Source: Cycas panzhihuaensis
Taxonomy: Eukaryota; Plantae; Cycadophyta
Length of the DNA stretch: 64,000 nt
Assembly (NCBI GenBank): GCA_023213395.1
Contig: CM041465.1
Span: forward strand, 88,233,741-88,297,740
Direction: 5' to 3'
In this document: one piece after another, positions 42,661-56,900 of the stretch
Position numbering within the stretch: the stretch's first letter is position 1
How the letters are laid out: the number at the start of each line of letters is the position of its first letter
Made by a program: the position numbers and the translations under genes
The notes under the pieces: generated by a model
Told to the model about the DNA's origin: nothing
The model's input: the letters and a program-made list of their open reading frames with translations, nothing else
Databases searched by the model: none

Positions 42661-43099
42661 GAATGTTGGGGTTAATGATCATCACCCTACTCCCACCTTT
42701 CAACCAAGAGTGCACACCTCACTCCCACTAATTGATACATGTGGATGCTCACATGTGAAGGTAAGTATAAGGTAAGGTTAAGTTGATTTGAGTTAATTTG
42801 AGTTAAGTTATATTTTATTATTTTTTGAATTTTAGGGGTTGAGGAGTTTCCCTCCTCCTCCAAACTATATATTTAGAGACGTGTGCAACCTTAGTGTCTT
42901 TAAACACCGCCTACTTTTGGACATTTATAATGCTTTCTCTCAAACAATGGATTGAATATAAAGGATTTTCTGTTTATATAACAATGTATTGATTATGTAT
43001 TTATACTCTACCCTGTTCTCTATATTTTATTTTCCTACATCAACAATGAGAGTATGAATCCATACCCTATAAGGCATTTCTCATGCTTATCTAAAATTC

Positions 43100-43590
43100 A
43101 AGAGGAGACACACTCAATATCCTTAAAGAAATAGAAAGATACACTTAACATCCGTATTCTTATAATTAATTTCATAGTATAGGAGAGACAAATGCAACAT
43201 CCTATCTCAAGGAAAATGAGAGACACACTCGACATCCATATTCCTATAATCGATTTCAAAGCATAGTGAGACTAACTCAACATCCTGTCTCAAGGAAATA
43301 AGGAGAAACTCTCAACATCCATATTCCTTCAAATCAAGTATAAAGTATATAAGAGACTAACTCAACATCCTATCTAGAATTGTTATGTACATCAATAACA
43401 ATAGTCCAATGAGAATAATGTTACAATTCACACATATATTTATGATATAATCCAAACTTATCTTTTCACAAAATGCTAGCAATCACCAAATGAATATTAA
43501 ATAATTAATCAAGGGGAGACACACTCAACAACCTTATTTCTTTAATCCAATTAAAAGCATAGGGAAGACTAACTGAATATCCTATCTTAA
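43100..43590. repeat. Degenerate tandem repeats in the LTR (GAGAC-ACA/TAA-CTCAACATCC core)
   Basis: The core recurs roughly every 35-50 bp, about ten times. Confidence 0.7.
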
Positions 43591-44024
43591 ACTCTTTAAG
43601 TGAACCTCTCTGAATAAATGGATCTAAGTTGTAGAACCTCTTATCTACTAGATAACAAATGACTTAAGCTTGAACTAAAATCAAAATAACCTTCTAAACC
43701 TTTTACTTGATCTCAACCATAAATTCTCGAGGGCAAAAAACTCTATCTGTCATAACTACAAGAGTCTTCAATGAGCTACCATTGAATAATCCTTATTGCG
43801 CCCACCAAAAATTTTAATTCTCTAATAGCCCAATAGTGAATAGATGTTAAGAACAAGTAGTGCCAAAATCTCTATCATTTAGGAAAACACCTATTAATGA
43901 GAAATATACCCAAGAATATGAAAACTTAATAGTAAGGCAATTTCAAATTGAGCAAGGAAAAAAAATGGTACCTAATAGTAAACCCAAAAACCCAAACCTC
44001 ATTATAATGCAAATTCAAAAACTA

Positions 44025-44520
44025 TCATCAATGTAGACCTAAAATTGTCTTTGTTATAGACCAAAACTATCTTTAATGTAGACCCAAATATATCTTTAAT
44101 GGAGTCCCATATATATATTTAATACAAACCTAGACATGTCTTTAACATAGTCCTAGATATGTCTTTAATGTAAACCCATATTTGTCTTCAATGCTATCCC
44201 AAATATGTCTTTAATGCAATCCTAAATATTTCTTCAATGCAAACATAGATTTTTCTTTAATATAGTCCCAAACTCTCTTTTAATATAGATAAAAAATTGC
44301 CCTCAATAGAGACCAAAAATTAACCACCATATAGATCAAAAATCGACCATCATGTAGACTAAAATAATTGACCATTGTGGAAATCAAAAACCACCCTTAA
44401 AGCAAACTTTGAATGGACTATTATGGAGACTAAAAAAAAAAGATGACCATAATGCAAATTTTTAATAAATTGCTATAGAGACTAAAATTGACCTTAATCA
44501 AGTCTAAGAGTTGGCTTCAT
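44025..44520. repeat. 21-bp minisatellite (TAGACCCAAATATGTCTTTAA-like) in the LTR
   Basis: About 20 consecutive diverging units. Confidence 0.8.
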
Positions 44521-44591
44521 ATAGACTATCCAATGCATCCTTCAATGCCCAAAGACTAACTTAATATAGGCTATCAAGAAGAAAAGTAAAT

Positions 44592-44730
44592 AACTAACTC
44601 CAACTTCCTAAAGACCAACTCTAACTATCCAAATTTGACTCTAACTTCCTAAGAAAATCAACTCCAATTATCCAAAACTATCTCTAATTATCCAAAAGAA
44701 ACTCCAACTATTTAAAACTATCCTCTATGA
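44592..44730. repeat. ~20-bp tandem repeat (AACTCCAACTWTCCAAAA) in the LTR
   Basis: About seven units. Confidence 0.7.
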
Positions 44731-47250
44731 GTATCATCTAACTGGTATAATATTTAAAACTAACATATTCAAGTTAAACTCTCTTGTTACAGATGAATTC
44801 AAGGTGACAATTTCAACATATATGGATCTATGTCTATAATGGGTGGAATGCTAGTGTGAGGGTTTTGTTTGTATGACATATATAAAGCAAGTTTATAGAA
44901 GACTGTCATATAACCAAATCAAGTTTTTGCTTAAATTTCTATCTTTCCTGTTTCAATGTTTTAAACAACTTTCTATTATAATCTCAACATTGGCACCCTT
45001 TAACTCAATTTTTGTAGCTTTAGATTCCACATTCAAACACTTCTTAGTGCCTATTTTGTTAAGTTGTTTTTGAGTATCTATATGTTCCTTATATTACTCA
45101 TCACCTACCATCTCCAAAGCATATTCCAATGAGTCTCTTAGTTTGCTTTTGCCAGCATTGGATGACTCACTTGAGCTTTTGGGTGGCAAGGAATCTGATT
45201 ATATTTTCCTCTCTTTTGATGCCTATTATCACATCTTTAGCTTGTTTACTCCAAAGAGAAGCTTGAGTGATACATCATCCATTCCAAAAGATTATAAAAA
45301 CTAGGATCGAAATCCATTTTTAAATCATGTTTCAACTTCTTTTCAAGGTCTTCCAACATTAATGGGATATATTATTTAGCATATGCTCTTCAATTTGGTG
45401 AGTTTAAAATTAGCAATACTTTCATGTTAATCACTTGGACTTAAGCTTCTAAGAGAATAAAATATAGATCTATCACCTACCCTTACCTTTGTTTCTACTC
45501 CTCTATTCTTCCTCTGTTCATATCATCTACTCTGATATATACTACACATCAGAAGTAATCTAGATGGCTTTTGTATTATATAAGCCACAACAATGTGATA
45601 GTTACAACATTCAAGGTATTAGGTAAACGTGTTTAGCACCTTGCTATCAAATCATATTACAAGAAACTAACTATTCTAAGAAACATGAAATGATGCACCC
45701 TCACACCTAGTGGAGTATGACATAAACTTCCACCTCACGTAAGATGAACAAGACAAAATGATGCACCCTCATACCTCAAGGATCATGGAGTAGTCTTCCA
45801 CCTTACATAGAGTGAACAAAATTATGAATATGAAAAGAAAATAATTATTTTTAAGCGTGGTTGAAAAGATAAAAGGAATTTACATATATATGAAGTTATA
45901 AGATAATCTATCTAAAGAGAAATAATGCTTAAGTCACAAGTCAAATTAGGATTAAGCCCTTATAATTAGAGTTAGATACATGTGAATGGGAGATTAGCTC
46001 TAAAGTTAAAAAACTAGATTTCAGCATGGTTGTAGATGGGCATAACAAGTATCATGGAATTATACTTTTATCCATCTATCTTCCATCAACAATTGATTTA
46101 ATGATACACATTTGACACATGACTAATTAATTGAAGCAAGGTCAGTACATATGACCTAAGTACTTGTACATAGATAGATAATGGAGGTTTTCATGCAGTA
46201 TTGGATGATCTCAAATGATAACCAACTAATCTTTGGCACGATAAATATCTTAACATTAGTATTAAGCTATGTCTAGCCATACCATAGTATACTATAGATA
46301 GAAAAAGGCTTTAACAATTTTTCTAAGATTTATTATGTCCTAACTATAGAACTAAGGAATAAGATATAATAAGAAAAGGTGTAAAAGAAGGAAGGGGTAA
46401 TAAGAAATGAACCATCTTTTAGCGAGGGATTTATAGAGGCCTAGGTACACCTTTTTTCTTTTTTTTTTTCTAGAATTCATTTTTTCCTCTCTACTTTCTA
46501 TTTCTCTTCTTCTTTTTTACTTGTATTTGTCTACCATACATCATGGCAAAAAATTATCTTTTATTGAAAGAGAATTTACATGCAATGTGCTTCCTAGACT
46601 TGGGAACTCTTTAGTAAGTACATTAAGCTACCAAAGATCTAAGGTCATTATGATTTTATCAATTTGTATTGAAAGACTTTACTAAATAGCATTCATGCAC
46701 TTAGGCATTCTATTGTATGCAGATTATTTCATATTAAAATATAAGTATTTTAAGATTGGATTATTTTTCTCAATTCATTAAGCATATTATCTAATAGTTC
46801 AATGGAAAATGAGTCATTTGGTGAATACAAATGCACATCTTACATATGGTTTGTTGCTTGTTGAAGGTTCTTTCGTAGTTTCTTCTAAATCAATAGTTAA
46901 TAGTTGTAAGAATACATGTTAGGGTTCTTTGACAGAATTATAATACTCAACCTTATAGATTATTAGGGAGTACATAATTTGTATACTAGTGTTGTATGTT
47001 AATGTTAATAATGTATTTAGCGATAGGTCAGTGATTGTAGTTAGGATCAAAATCCCTCATTATTCTACAAAAAGTTTTTGCTTATTATTTTAGCCCAAGA
47101 TAAATCAATACATTGATCCAATTCTTCTAACAAACACAAAGGGGAAGAAGTTGAACTCATCCTTTTATTGTTTTCTTCTTTATTTAGAATTTTATTTTCA
47201 CTTCTTTTTTCTTTTTATTTACATCCTCACCATTTCTTTTATCTTTCTTT

Positions 47251-49569
<2,319 letters not shown>

Positions 49570-49984
49570 GGTATCAATTTTGTTAATAATGCCATAAAAG
49601 ATAATTAATTTCGAATTAGTTCAAGTTAGTTATCAAATGACATATGATGGTTCAAATATGTATATGTATGTAATATGAACAAATCGGTAAGGGTGGGGGG
49701 CGCGGGGAGAGATGGCGCATCCTAGCCCAGGTGGATAGTTCCGAACTTGCTTTAGATGATCATATCCAACTTTTATACATCTGGTTTTGATACAATAAAA
49801 GTAATATTGTGCATATTGTATGTTACTTCGTGATCTGTCTGTGCTGTGATGATTTGTATATATATAGTATAAATAATGTGGATGGTGTATGTACTAATGG
49901 AGTTGTAACCTTTCTCTCTCCTTCTTCCCTAGTACGAACTTGGAAATTAAGGAGACAACATCTGACGTCGTTGCCAACCTAGGA

Positions 49985-52515
49985 ATGAAGGAAAAGATGG
50001 GGAAGACAAGATAACGACCCATAACCGTTTTGGGAGACATACTACAGTAGATGAATTAAATCTCGCGCAATGGTTTGAAGAAAATTTTAGGGTCATACTT
50101 CAGTTAAAATCTCAATTACTGCGAGAAGGCATCATCAACTAGTATCTCGATGATATTATCATCCAAGAACCAGTAATGCTTGCAAATATCATTGAACATC
50201 TTCGATCTAATGCACGACACAAAATAAATAACATACATATTTAGACAGGAAAAGAAGTAATCAATATAACTGAGACGATCCAATCGATTACATACACAGC
50301 AGCAACAAAATTTAAGAACATTAATGCAGATTGATTGGTCAATAATTAAAAAGGGATGGAAAGTCTGCCAGACTTGGAAACAGAAGTATGATTCAAACGA
50401 GGACTTAAGGGAGATCAAGGAAGCTTTCACACATCTGAGTTTACATGAAAAGGAGAAGGCTAGCATACAAGATAAAGATCAAAAACATCAAGATCAAGAA
50501 CATCAGCCCAGTCCAAAGGCAAAAAAAGCAAGATTCAGAAATTATTACGAATAGAGAAAGAAAAAGAAACCTACAAATGGATTTAGACAACGAAGAATAT
50601 AACAACTCAAGCATATAAGAACATCAACAAAGCCATTAGAAGCAGCAACAATAACAATAGCGGCATCATGCGCAGCAAAGAAATGAGGAGTGAAACAGAA
50701 ATTTCTAACATTCAACGGAAAGGCAAAAGAGGATCTAACGAGACATTGTAATATCTGCAAAACAATATGGATGGCCAATAGCAAGATTGACAAAGATCTT
50801 TGGGTATAATCATTTCTAGTCACACTATGGGACGTTGCGAAGGACTGGTTTAAAGAATTCAAAGAGGGACATTTTAAAAATTGGGCTTCCCTATGCAAAG
50901 CAGTTGAAAAAGAATTTAGACTTTTACAAGATGATAGTGAGGTGGTAGACCAAATCTACAACTTGAAGCAAGAACCCAAGGAAATAATAAGAAGTTACAA
51001 CACAAAGCTGAAAAGTCTAATAAAGAAAATAGAAAGTGAAGTGACGGATGGGTTAAGAAAAGATGGTTTCTAGAAGGATTACTTCCGAAATATAAAAGGA
51101 AGTTACGAGTCATTCTACTTGCATCATATCAAGAAGCAATAAACCGAGCAATGAGTCTTGAAATCAAAGAGAAAGCAGAGGCCTGGCACCAAGAGAAAAT
51201 AAGTGATGCACAAGTAAAAGAAGAATCTTCAATAGAAGCACTTAGGGAAGACTTGATGAGGATGTTCATAGATTTTACACAAAATCAACCAAAAGAATGA
51301 CGCTACATATGATATGTCAAGTGTCGTACAGAAGGCCACTTGGAGTCGGAGTGTCTAGATAACCAAGGATTCAAATACTGCTATATATGTATAATGAGTA
51401 ATCAATATATTAAACAGTGTGGATTCAATGTTCAAACATGCAGAAGACAAGAACGGGATGTCTTCTTTACTCGGCAAGAAACAAATAAACCACCTCTTGG
51501 AAGGGAGCGAGGTGGACAACCAGTACAACAAGATGCTCAAGGTCGATCAATGGTACAATACTTTTAGTACAAAGTATGGGGCCACTTTAGCAGAGATTGT
51601 CCCAATCTAGAAAATAATGTCTCTACACTATGTTGATGGTACGAACCAAGTGACCATGATGATGACCATTGCACAAAGCAACAAAACAAAAATGTCAACC
51701 TCGTAGGAGTAATCACAGAGGAAGTACAACCTTTACTGACATATGCAGTGTATACAAGAAGGCCTAAGCAATCAACGTATCCTAATGCTCAGAATGAAAA
51801 AGAATGCCCGAGTCAGGCCACAGAATTGGTACAAGCACTACAAAAACAAGAGCACGATGCGACCTTGACCAAGCCACAATCTGTAGAACCAAGGGGTAAT
51901 GGATCGACGGAATCAACAATAACGCCCAAAGAAGATACAACACATAAGGATGGTGTTAACTAAAGAGTTAACAATTAAATTATCAGCGTTACTCGAGAAT
52001 GATAAGCTTCTACTACAAACATTCGAGGACTATATACGATGAATCAAGACAACAAGAAAAGAAAGAATATCAGTAAAAGAATGTAGGACTCCCATGTAAC
52101 AACCTCACATAGAGGACCAGCATGTATGATCTCTTAGGATCAACCAAGACATAATTATTTCAATGAATATACTAGGGCACATATTGGAGAATACAGTAAT
52201 TAATGGTGGGGCTATAGTGAACATTATCCCAGTTACAACTTGGGAAGCAAACGTTAGACCTCAACTATGGCCTCCTACATTTCAGCTACGACTGACTAAT
52301 CAACATGGTGTGTAATCATTAGGGATGATGCAAGCACAAAAAATAAAATTAGGGAACCAAGACTTTGTAATAGATTTTGTTATAATACCGATGATTGATG
52401 AAATACCACCAACTTATGACGCCTTGTTAGGTCGACCCTAGTTACGAAATGTGTGCGTACTCCAAAATTAGCGATGTAACACATTGATAATTAAACAAAG
52501 AGGAAAGAAGCAACT
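49985..52515 (+). pseudogene. gypsy gag and protease, degenerate
   Basis: Gag-like segment at ~50700-51150, zinc knuckles at ~51315-51605, protease at ~52190-52500 (GGAIVNII...YDALLGRP). Confidence 0.8.
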
Positions 52516-52647
52516 TGTAGAAAGAAGGGCACATGCACAATGTAATCACTAGATCATAAAATAAGCAAACATAGGTAACAAGATAACACTGCACATATAC
52601 ACTAGTTTAACATGTGGAAAACCCCTTCTGGGGAAGATAAAACACCT

Positions 52648-54117
52648 CCTAATCGTGCATGCCAAAGTTTGCTGAGTGAGTTAGGTTTGGCAATAAAGGC
52701 ACTAAAAGATTTTGATTTGTTATTTTGTAGACTTGTTAGACTATAGAGACGTGTTATGATCAACAGGTCATGAGGCAATACGTCTAAATTTGTTTAATGG
52801 TTCCCTAATGATAAATTTATTCTTCTAGAATTTGACGACAAGGTTTTTCTGACAGATTTGATAGACAAAGAGTAGGTTTGGTAATAAACCAAGTACGTAA
52901 AATATGTCCTTGATTGAACCATCTTTTAAGGTAACATCACATGATCCTTTGACTTTAAGTTAAGTACCACTTCCGAAAGAAATCTCTTCTTCAGAGTTCG
53001 TTTCAAATTGATAAGTGGTTAAATTTTTCTGGTGTCCAATCATGTGATGGGATGCACCAGAGTCAAGGATCCACTGTGGTAGATGATTTGTAGGGGCAAC
53101 AAATACAGAAGTTGTTGCTGCTAAAGAATGATTATGAGTTTGTCAATTTTGAGGTCATGATTGAAGATGGGATTGAGGTCGATTTTGCAATCCCTTGGAA
53201 GCTTTCCATGCTTCTGAAGCTATTCTACTTCTGCAGACATCAATAGTGTGGCCTCTTTTATGACAATAGGCACAACTAGTGTTCTGAGAAGAAGTTGCGT
53301 TGTTCCTATTATAAAAGAACTGATTAGAAGTATTCAGGTATTTAGATGGACCAGAATACTTAATATTATTTTGTAAATTTGATGGTGAACCTCTATGAGG
53401 TTTCTAAAATTTTGGATTATTATTCTGTTGTTTGTTTTTAAATTATGGCTTAGTTTTGGAAAACAAAGCCTGTGATGGATCTTTTAATGTGCCTATTTGA
53501 ATTAACATTATTTGATGTTCAATCAGCTGGTTTATTAACTGATTGAATGTTATAGGCGGGTCGTCAGCTTGTTGTTTGGCAGTTTTGTAGAGATTAAAGT
53601 GTTTTGGTAATTTGTTTACTGCAAGACGTACGAGTGTATTGTTGTCTCTAGCATACGTGATTATTTTCTCAGTATCACCTTCTTTAGTTTTAAATTTGAT
53701 GTAGTTTCCTAGATCTTTATTAATTAATTGAATTTTACTTAAAAAATCCTCAACACTAGAAAAATCGTCAAAAGTAAGGTCATACAATTGCTGTTATAGG
53801 ATAGCCACTTGATGTGTATCGACCTTGTCATATTTTTCTTGCAAGGTTTTCCAGACAGTGGCTAAGTCATCTATTTCGACTGGTCGATTTACGGTGAGTG
53901 GGTTTAATATGGTGCCTAAGGTTGCATCTGAGTTCATTAGATATACCATATAACTCTCTATAGTATCTTCTTTAGGTTTTTTAAATTCACCTATCACATA
54001 TCGCCATATTTTTTGTTGTTTGAGCTGATGGAATATGCGATTCCTCCAGTCGGCATAGTTTGAGCCAAGTGATACTAGAATTGGAACGCAGGAAGTTATC
54101 CCTGGCATTAATGCCAT
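52648..54117 (-). pseudogene. copia gag, protease and start of GAG-pre-integrase
   Basis: GSNYADWRNRI...IWRYV, zinc knuckle CAYCHKRGHTIDVC, WILDSGASHHM; ends at LWHARLG. Confidence 0.9.
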
Positions 54118-55421
54118 ATTGGGAGCTATGAAGTTTGATTGAAGATGAAGAATATGAAGGTGATTGAAAAAATAATCACTTACTAAAAGTACTAATCATT
54201 AGATTAATAATTCAAGAAAGCATTGTAGTATGCATTACTTGTACTTAAAGAAAAAATCACATGTTTGCATATAGATTGAACAAACGACTTCTTAAAAAAT
54301 TGCCTTAAGCAGTCCCTTTTTGAAAAAGATTCTCCCTTAATTTTAAGAAATAGGCAGTCCCCCTTAAGTGTTTAAGTTTGAATATGGTGCATTAATAAAA
54401 TTGATTTGCAATAAAAAAAGGTTAATGATTTTTTATTAATTAAGTTTTATGTTTGAAGAAAGATAAATGTATAAAGAAGGTATTCAGATAAAAAAAAGAT
54501 AATTTACTTGATCTTGGTCAAAAAAACAAGAAAAAAAAATATTAGTTTTGCCTAAGTTAATTAGGCTTTGTTAATAGTATGTATATGTACAACTTTTAAA
54601 TAAATGTTTGATAGATAATGTATACCTTATATATGACAAAGATTAAGCTAAGATATTAGGGGAAAATAGGGGAAATTTGTTCAATTCATGATTAAGGTAA
54701 AATGTGAAGGTATGCACTTATGCAATACCTATAGTAGAATAAGGAACCTAAAAACATAGAAAATTATACTAATCTTATATGAAGTTTAAATGTAAAGGAT
54801 GGTTTAAGAGAATATTAAAAATCATTAACTTAGTGAAGAGAGGGGTTTAGTTTAAAGGAAGGGGGGGGATTGATCTATATGTTAATGTAATAGGGGAGTT
54901 TTGGATTAATTTTACACTAATGTGATTAAGGGGGGGTTGAGTTACAGATCAGGTTGATTAAAAAAAAGAAAAGTTTTAAATTAATTTATACTAGAGATTA
55001 TTTAAAAAAAGGAAGTTCAATTAAAAGGGATTTTAATTAAATTATAAATGTGATTAAGGGGGGTATAAACTTAATGTGATAAGGGGGTATTTGATTAAAT
55101 CAAAATGTAATAAGGGATGGAGGGATTATTGTTTTATTAAATCAAAATAATTAAAAAAGGAATTAAAAAACCGAAATCGACGGACAGACCCGACGGTAGG
55201 TTTGATTTTAACAAAGAAAATTAAAATTAAAACAAAAAAGAAATCTGGGAGGGGGGTTAGGGTAGAAACCCTACCTACCTGGTTATGGCGGTGGCGCACC
55301 TTTGTTTACAGGTGAGACGAAGATCGAAGGCGGAGGTCCTGGCGATGAACGAAGGCAAACGATCCCAACATGGAGGGCTTCAGTGACGCTCTACTGTGCA
55401 AGTCTTTCCCTTATTCATAAG

Positions 55422-55859
55422 GGTTCAGATCTGGTTATTTGTTTCAAGGGTTCTAACTCTGCACAAGCTCCGTTTTATGTCGTTGATGAGGCTAAGAAAC
55501 GATTTAAGGAGGCTGGCTGCTGCTTCGACGGACGCGTATGTAGATCAGAGTGGGGACTCATATCCTCTACGAGATGGTGTATTTGAAGTCACTGAACTTC
55601 TTGGTGGGCCTGCTTTACCCCTTCCAGCCATTCTATGTGCAGGAGTCTTCCTCATCTATTTTTGATACCTGACGAGATGCTGAACTTCCCCAAACAGAAC
55701 CTTTTGATGAAGGGGCTAAGCTACCTGCAAATATCTGAAAGAGCTTGGTGGCAAATACTTCTTTACTCGACCATTATTGCATTCGTCGTGGGACACAAGT
55801 ATAGTGCCAGTAATGGTATTTATGTAATAGGAGCTCATACAGACAGTTCATGCCTTAAG
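55422..55859 (+). pseudogene. Captured aspartyl aminopeptidase (M18) N-terminal fragment, split by a 204-bp insert
   Basis: SDLVICF...APFYVVDEAKKRFKEAG (55422-55517) and YLQISERAWW...STIIAFVVGHKYSASNGIYVIGAHTDSSCLK (55722-55859) match TAFHAVDEAKKRL..AGY.QISER...STIVAFAIGKKY..GNGF.IVGAHTDSPCLK. Confidence 0.88.
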
Positions 55860-56900
55860 ATCTCTCATGAGCACCCAACTGCTTGTGTTTGTGCGGGTGC
55901 TTTCATGTCAGTGCTGAGTACTTCAACTTATACAGGTTTGATTAGGCTTCATTCAACATGTGCAAGTGGGTCAACATTAGCAGGAAAGACCCTTGTACTC
56001 CTTGGTGTTAGTGGTAATGATACCTTTGATAATTACCAGACATTTTCCTATTTGAAATGCTCTCAATAAAAATCCATCATGGGAGATTCTTTAATTTTTC
56101 GTTGAAATATCATGATACTCTGCGTCCTTTGTAAAAAAGTTTTGTTGGAAAAGTGCATACTTGTAAGCCAGTTGTACATAGGTACTCATGCGTCTTTGCC
56201 GAAAGCTTGACATGAGGAATGTTCAGGTTTACTGAGACTTATAAGCTTCAACATTCATGCAAATTTATAACACTTTATGATTGTTTAGTTCTGAATGAAA
56301 TAGCGTTTCAGCATGCGCTCTCCATTCTTTATTTCTCTGTTTCAGAGTAGTGGTGATGGTGTGTGTGGTACGAATGCTTGTAGGGCGACAAGTTTCATCC
56401 TTGTATCAAAATCCATCTTTACACAGATAGACATGTAGCTCTGATACCATGTAGAAAGAAGGGTACATGCACAATGTAATCATAGGATCATAAAATAAGC
56501 AAACACAGGTAACAAGATAACACTGCACATGTACACCAGTTTGACAAGTGGAAAACTCCTTCTGGGGAAGAAAAACCACCTCCTAAATTCGTAGTTTTAT
56601 TAAGCAAAGTTTGAGAAATAGAAGACTACATACATAAACCACCTAACCACTAAACTAGCCTTATAAAAGGCATTTAGACAATCTTCCTAGATTCTCGGAA
56701 CCATCTCCTTGAATCTAGGAGATGAATTTATACAAAGAAAGGTTCGTTGAAATGCAGTTTCGCATTTCAACCACCTTTCACATAAGATAATTAATAAATA
56801 TTAAAGTTTAAACCTTATAATAACTTAAATACAAATTTAGACATGTGACTTAAATATAAACTTTAAAAAGAACATAAAGATTACATTAATACTTCTAACA

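Larger units (their letters stand above)
37700..43039 (+). mobile_element. Structurally complete non-autonomous copia-derived cargo element, copy A (5.3 kb)
   Basis: LTRs 37700-38094 and 42664-43039 (TG...CA). TSD TCAAT/TCAAC, perfect PBS TGGTATCAGAGC at 38097-38108, PPT AAGGGGGAGAA. Gag remnant NEALALLFCTIDDNVFSKVCEMTTSKTV*DTL; RNase H tail ending IKGE. No RT or integrase. Confidence 0.95.
28840..45964 (-). mobile_element. Ty3/gypsy chromovirus (Tekay/Del-like) with long LTRs and two nested elements
   Basis: [25 protein letters not shown]...[11 protein letters not shown], integrase MDFIIGLP, chromodomain-like region ~32330-32500. PBS GCTCTAATACCA at 37004-37015, PPT 32288-32301. 28845-29052 plus 31838-32287 match 45300-45964. 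Confidence 0.9.
37017..45964 (-). repeat. Tekay-like 5' LTR (~3.6 kb net), split by the 37700-43039 insertion
   Basis: Bounded by the PBS at 37015 and the end of homology with the 3' LTR at 45964. Confidence 0.7.
52516..56900 (-). mobile_element. Ty1/copia element with pol deleted, carrying host cargo, nested in the Athila-like pol
   Basis: Perfect TSD CAACT at 52511-52515 and 56901-56905. 5' LTR 56450-56900, PBS GCTCTGATACCA at 56438-56449, truncated 3' LTR 52516-52652. Gag ORFs 53794-54117 and 53443-53787; protease WILDSGASHHM. Confidence 0.95.

Noticed and set aside
42284-42775. 163-aa ORF as a novel gene
   Set aside because: It is a gag/RNase H remnant reading into the LTR, and it is broken in the sister copy.
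45965-47250. AT-rich segment with an LTR-like TATA/purine stretch
   Set aside because: No partner repeat, PBS or coding motif in the window; left unassigned.
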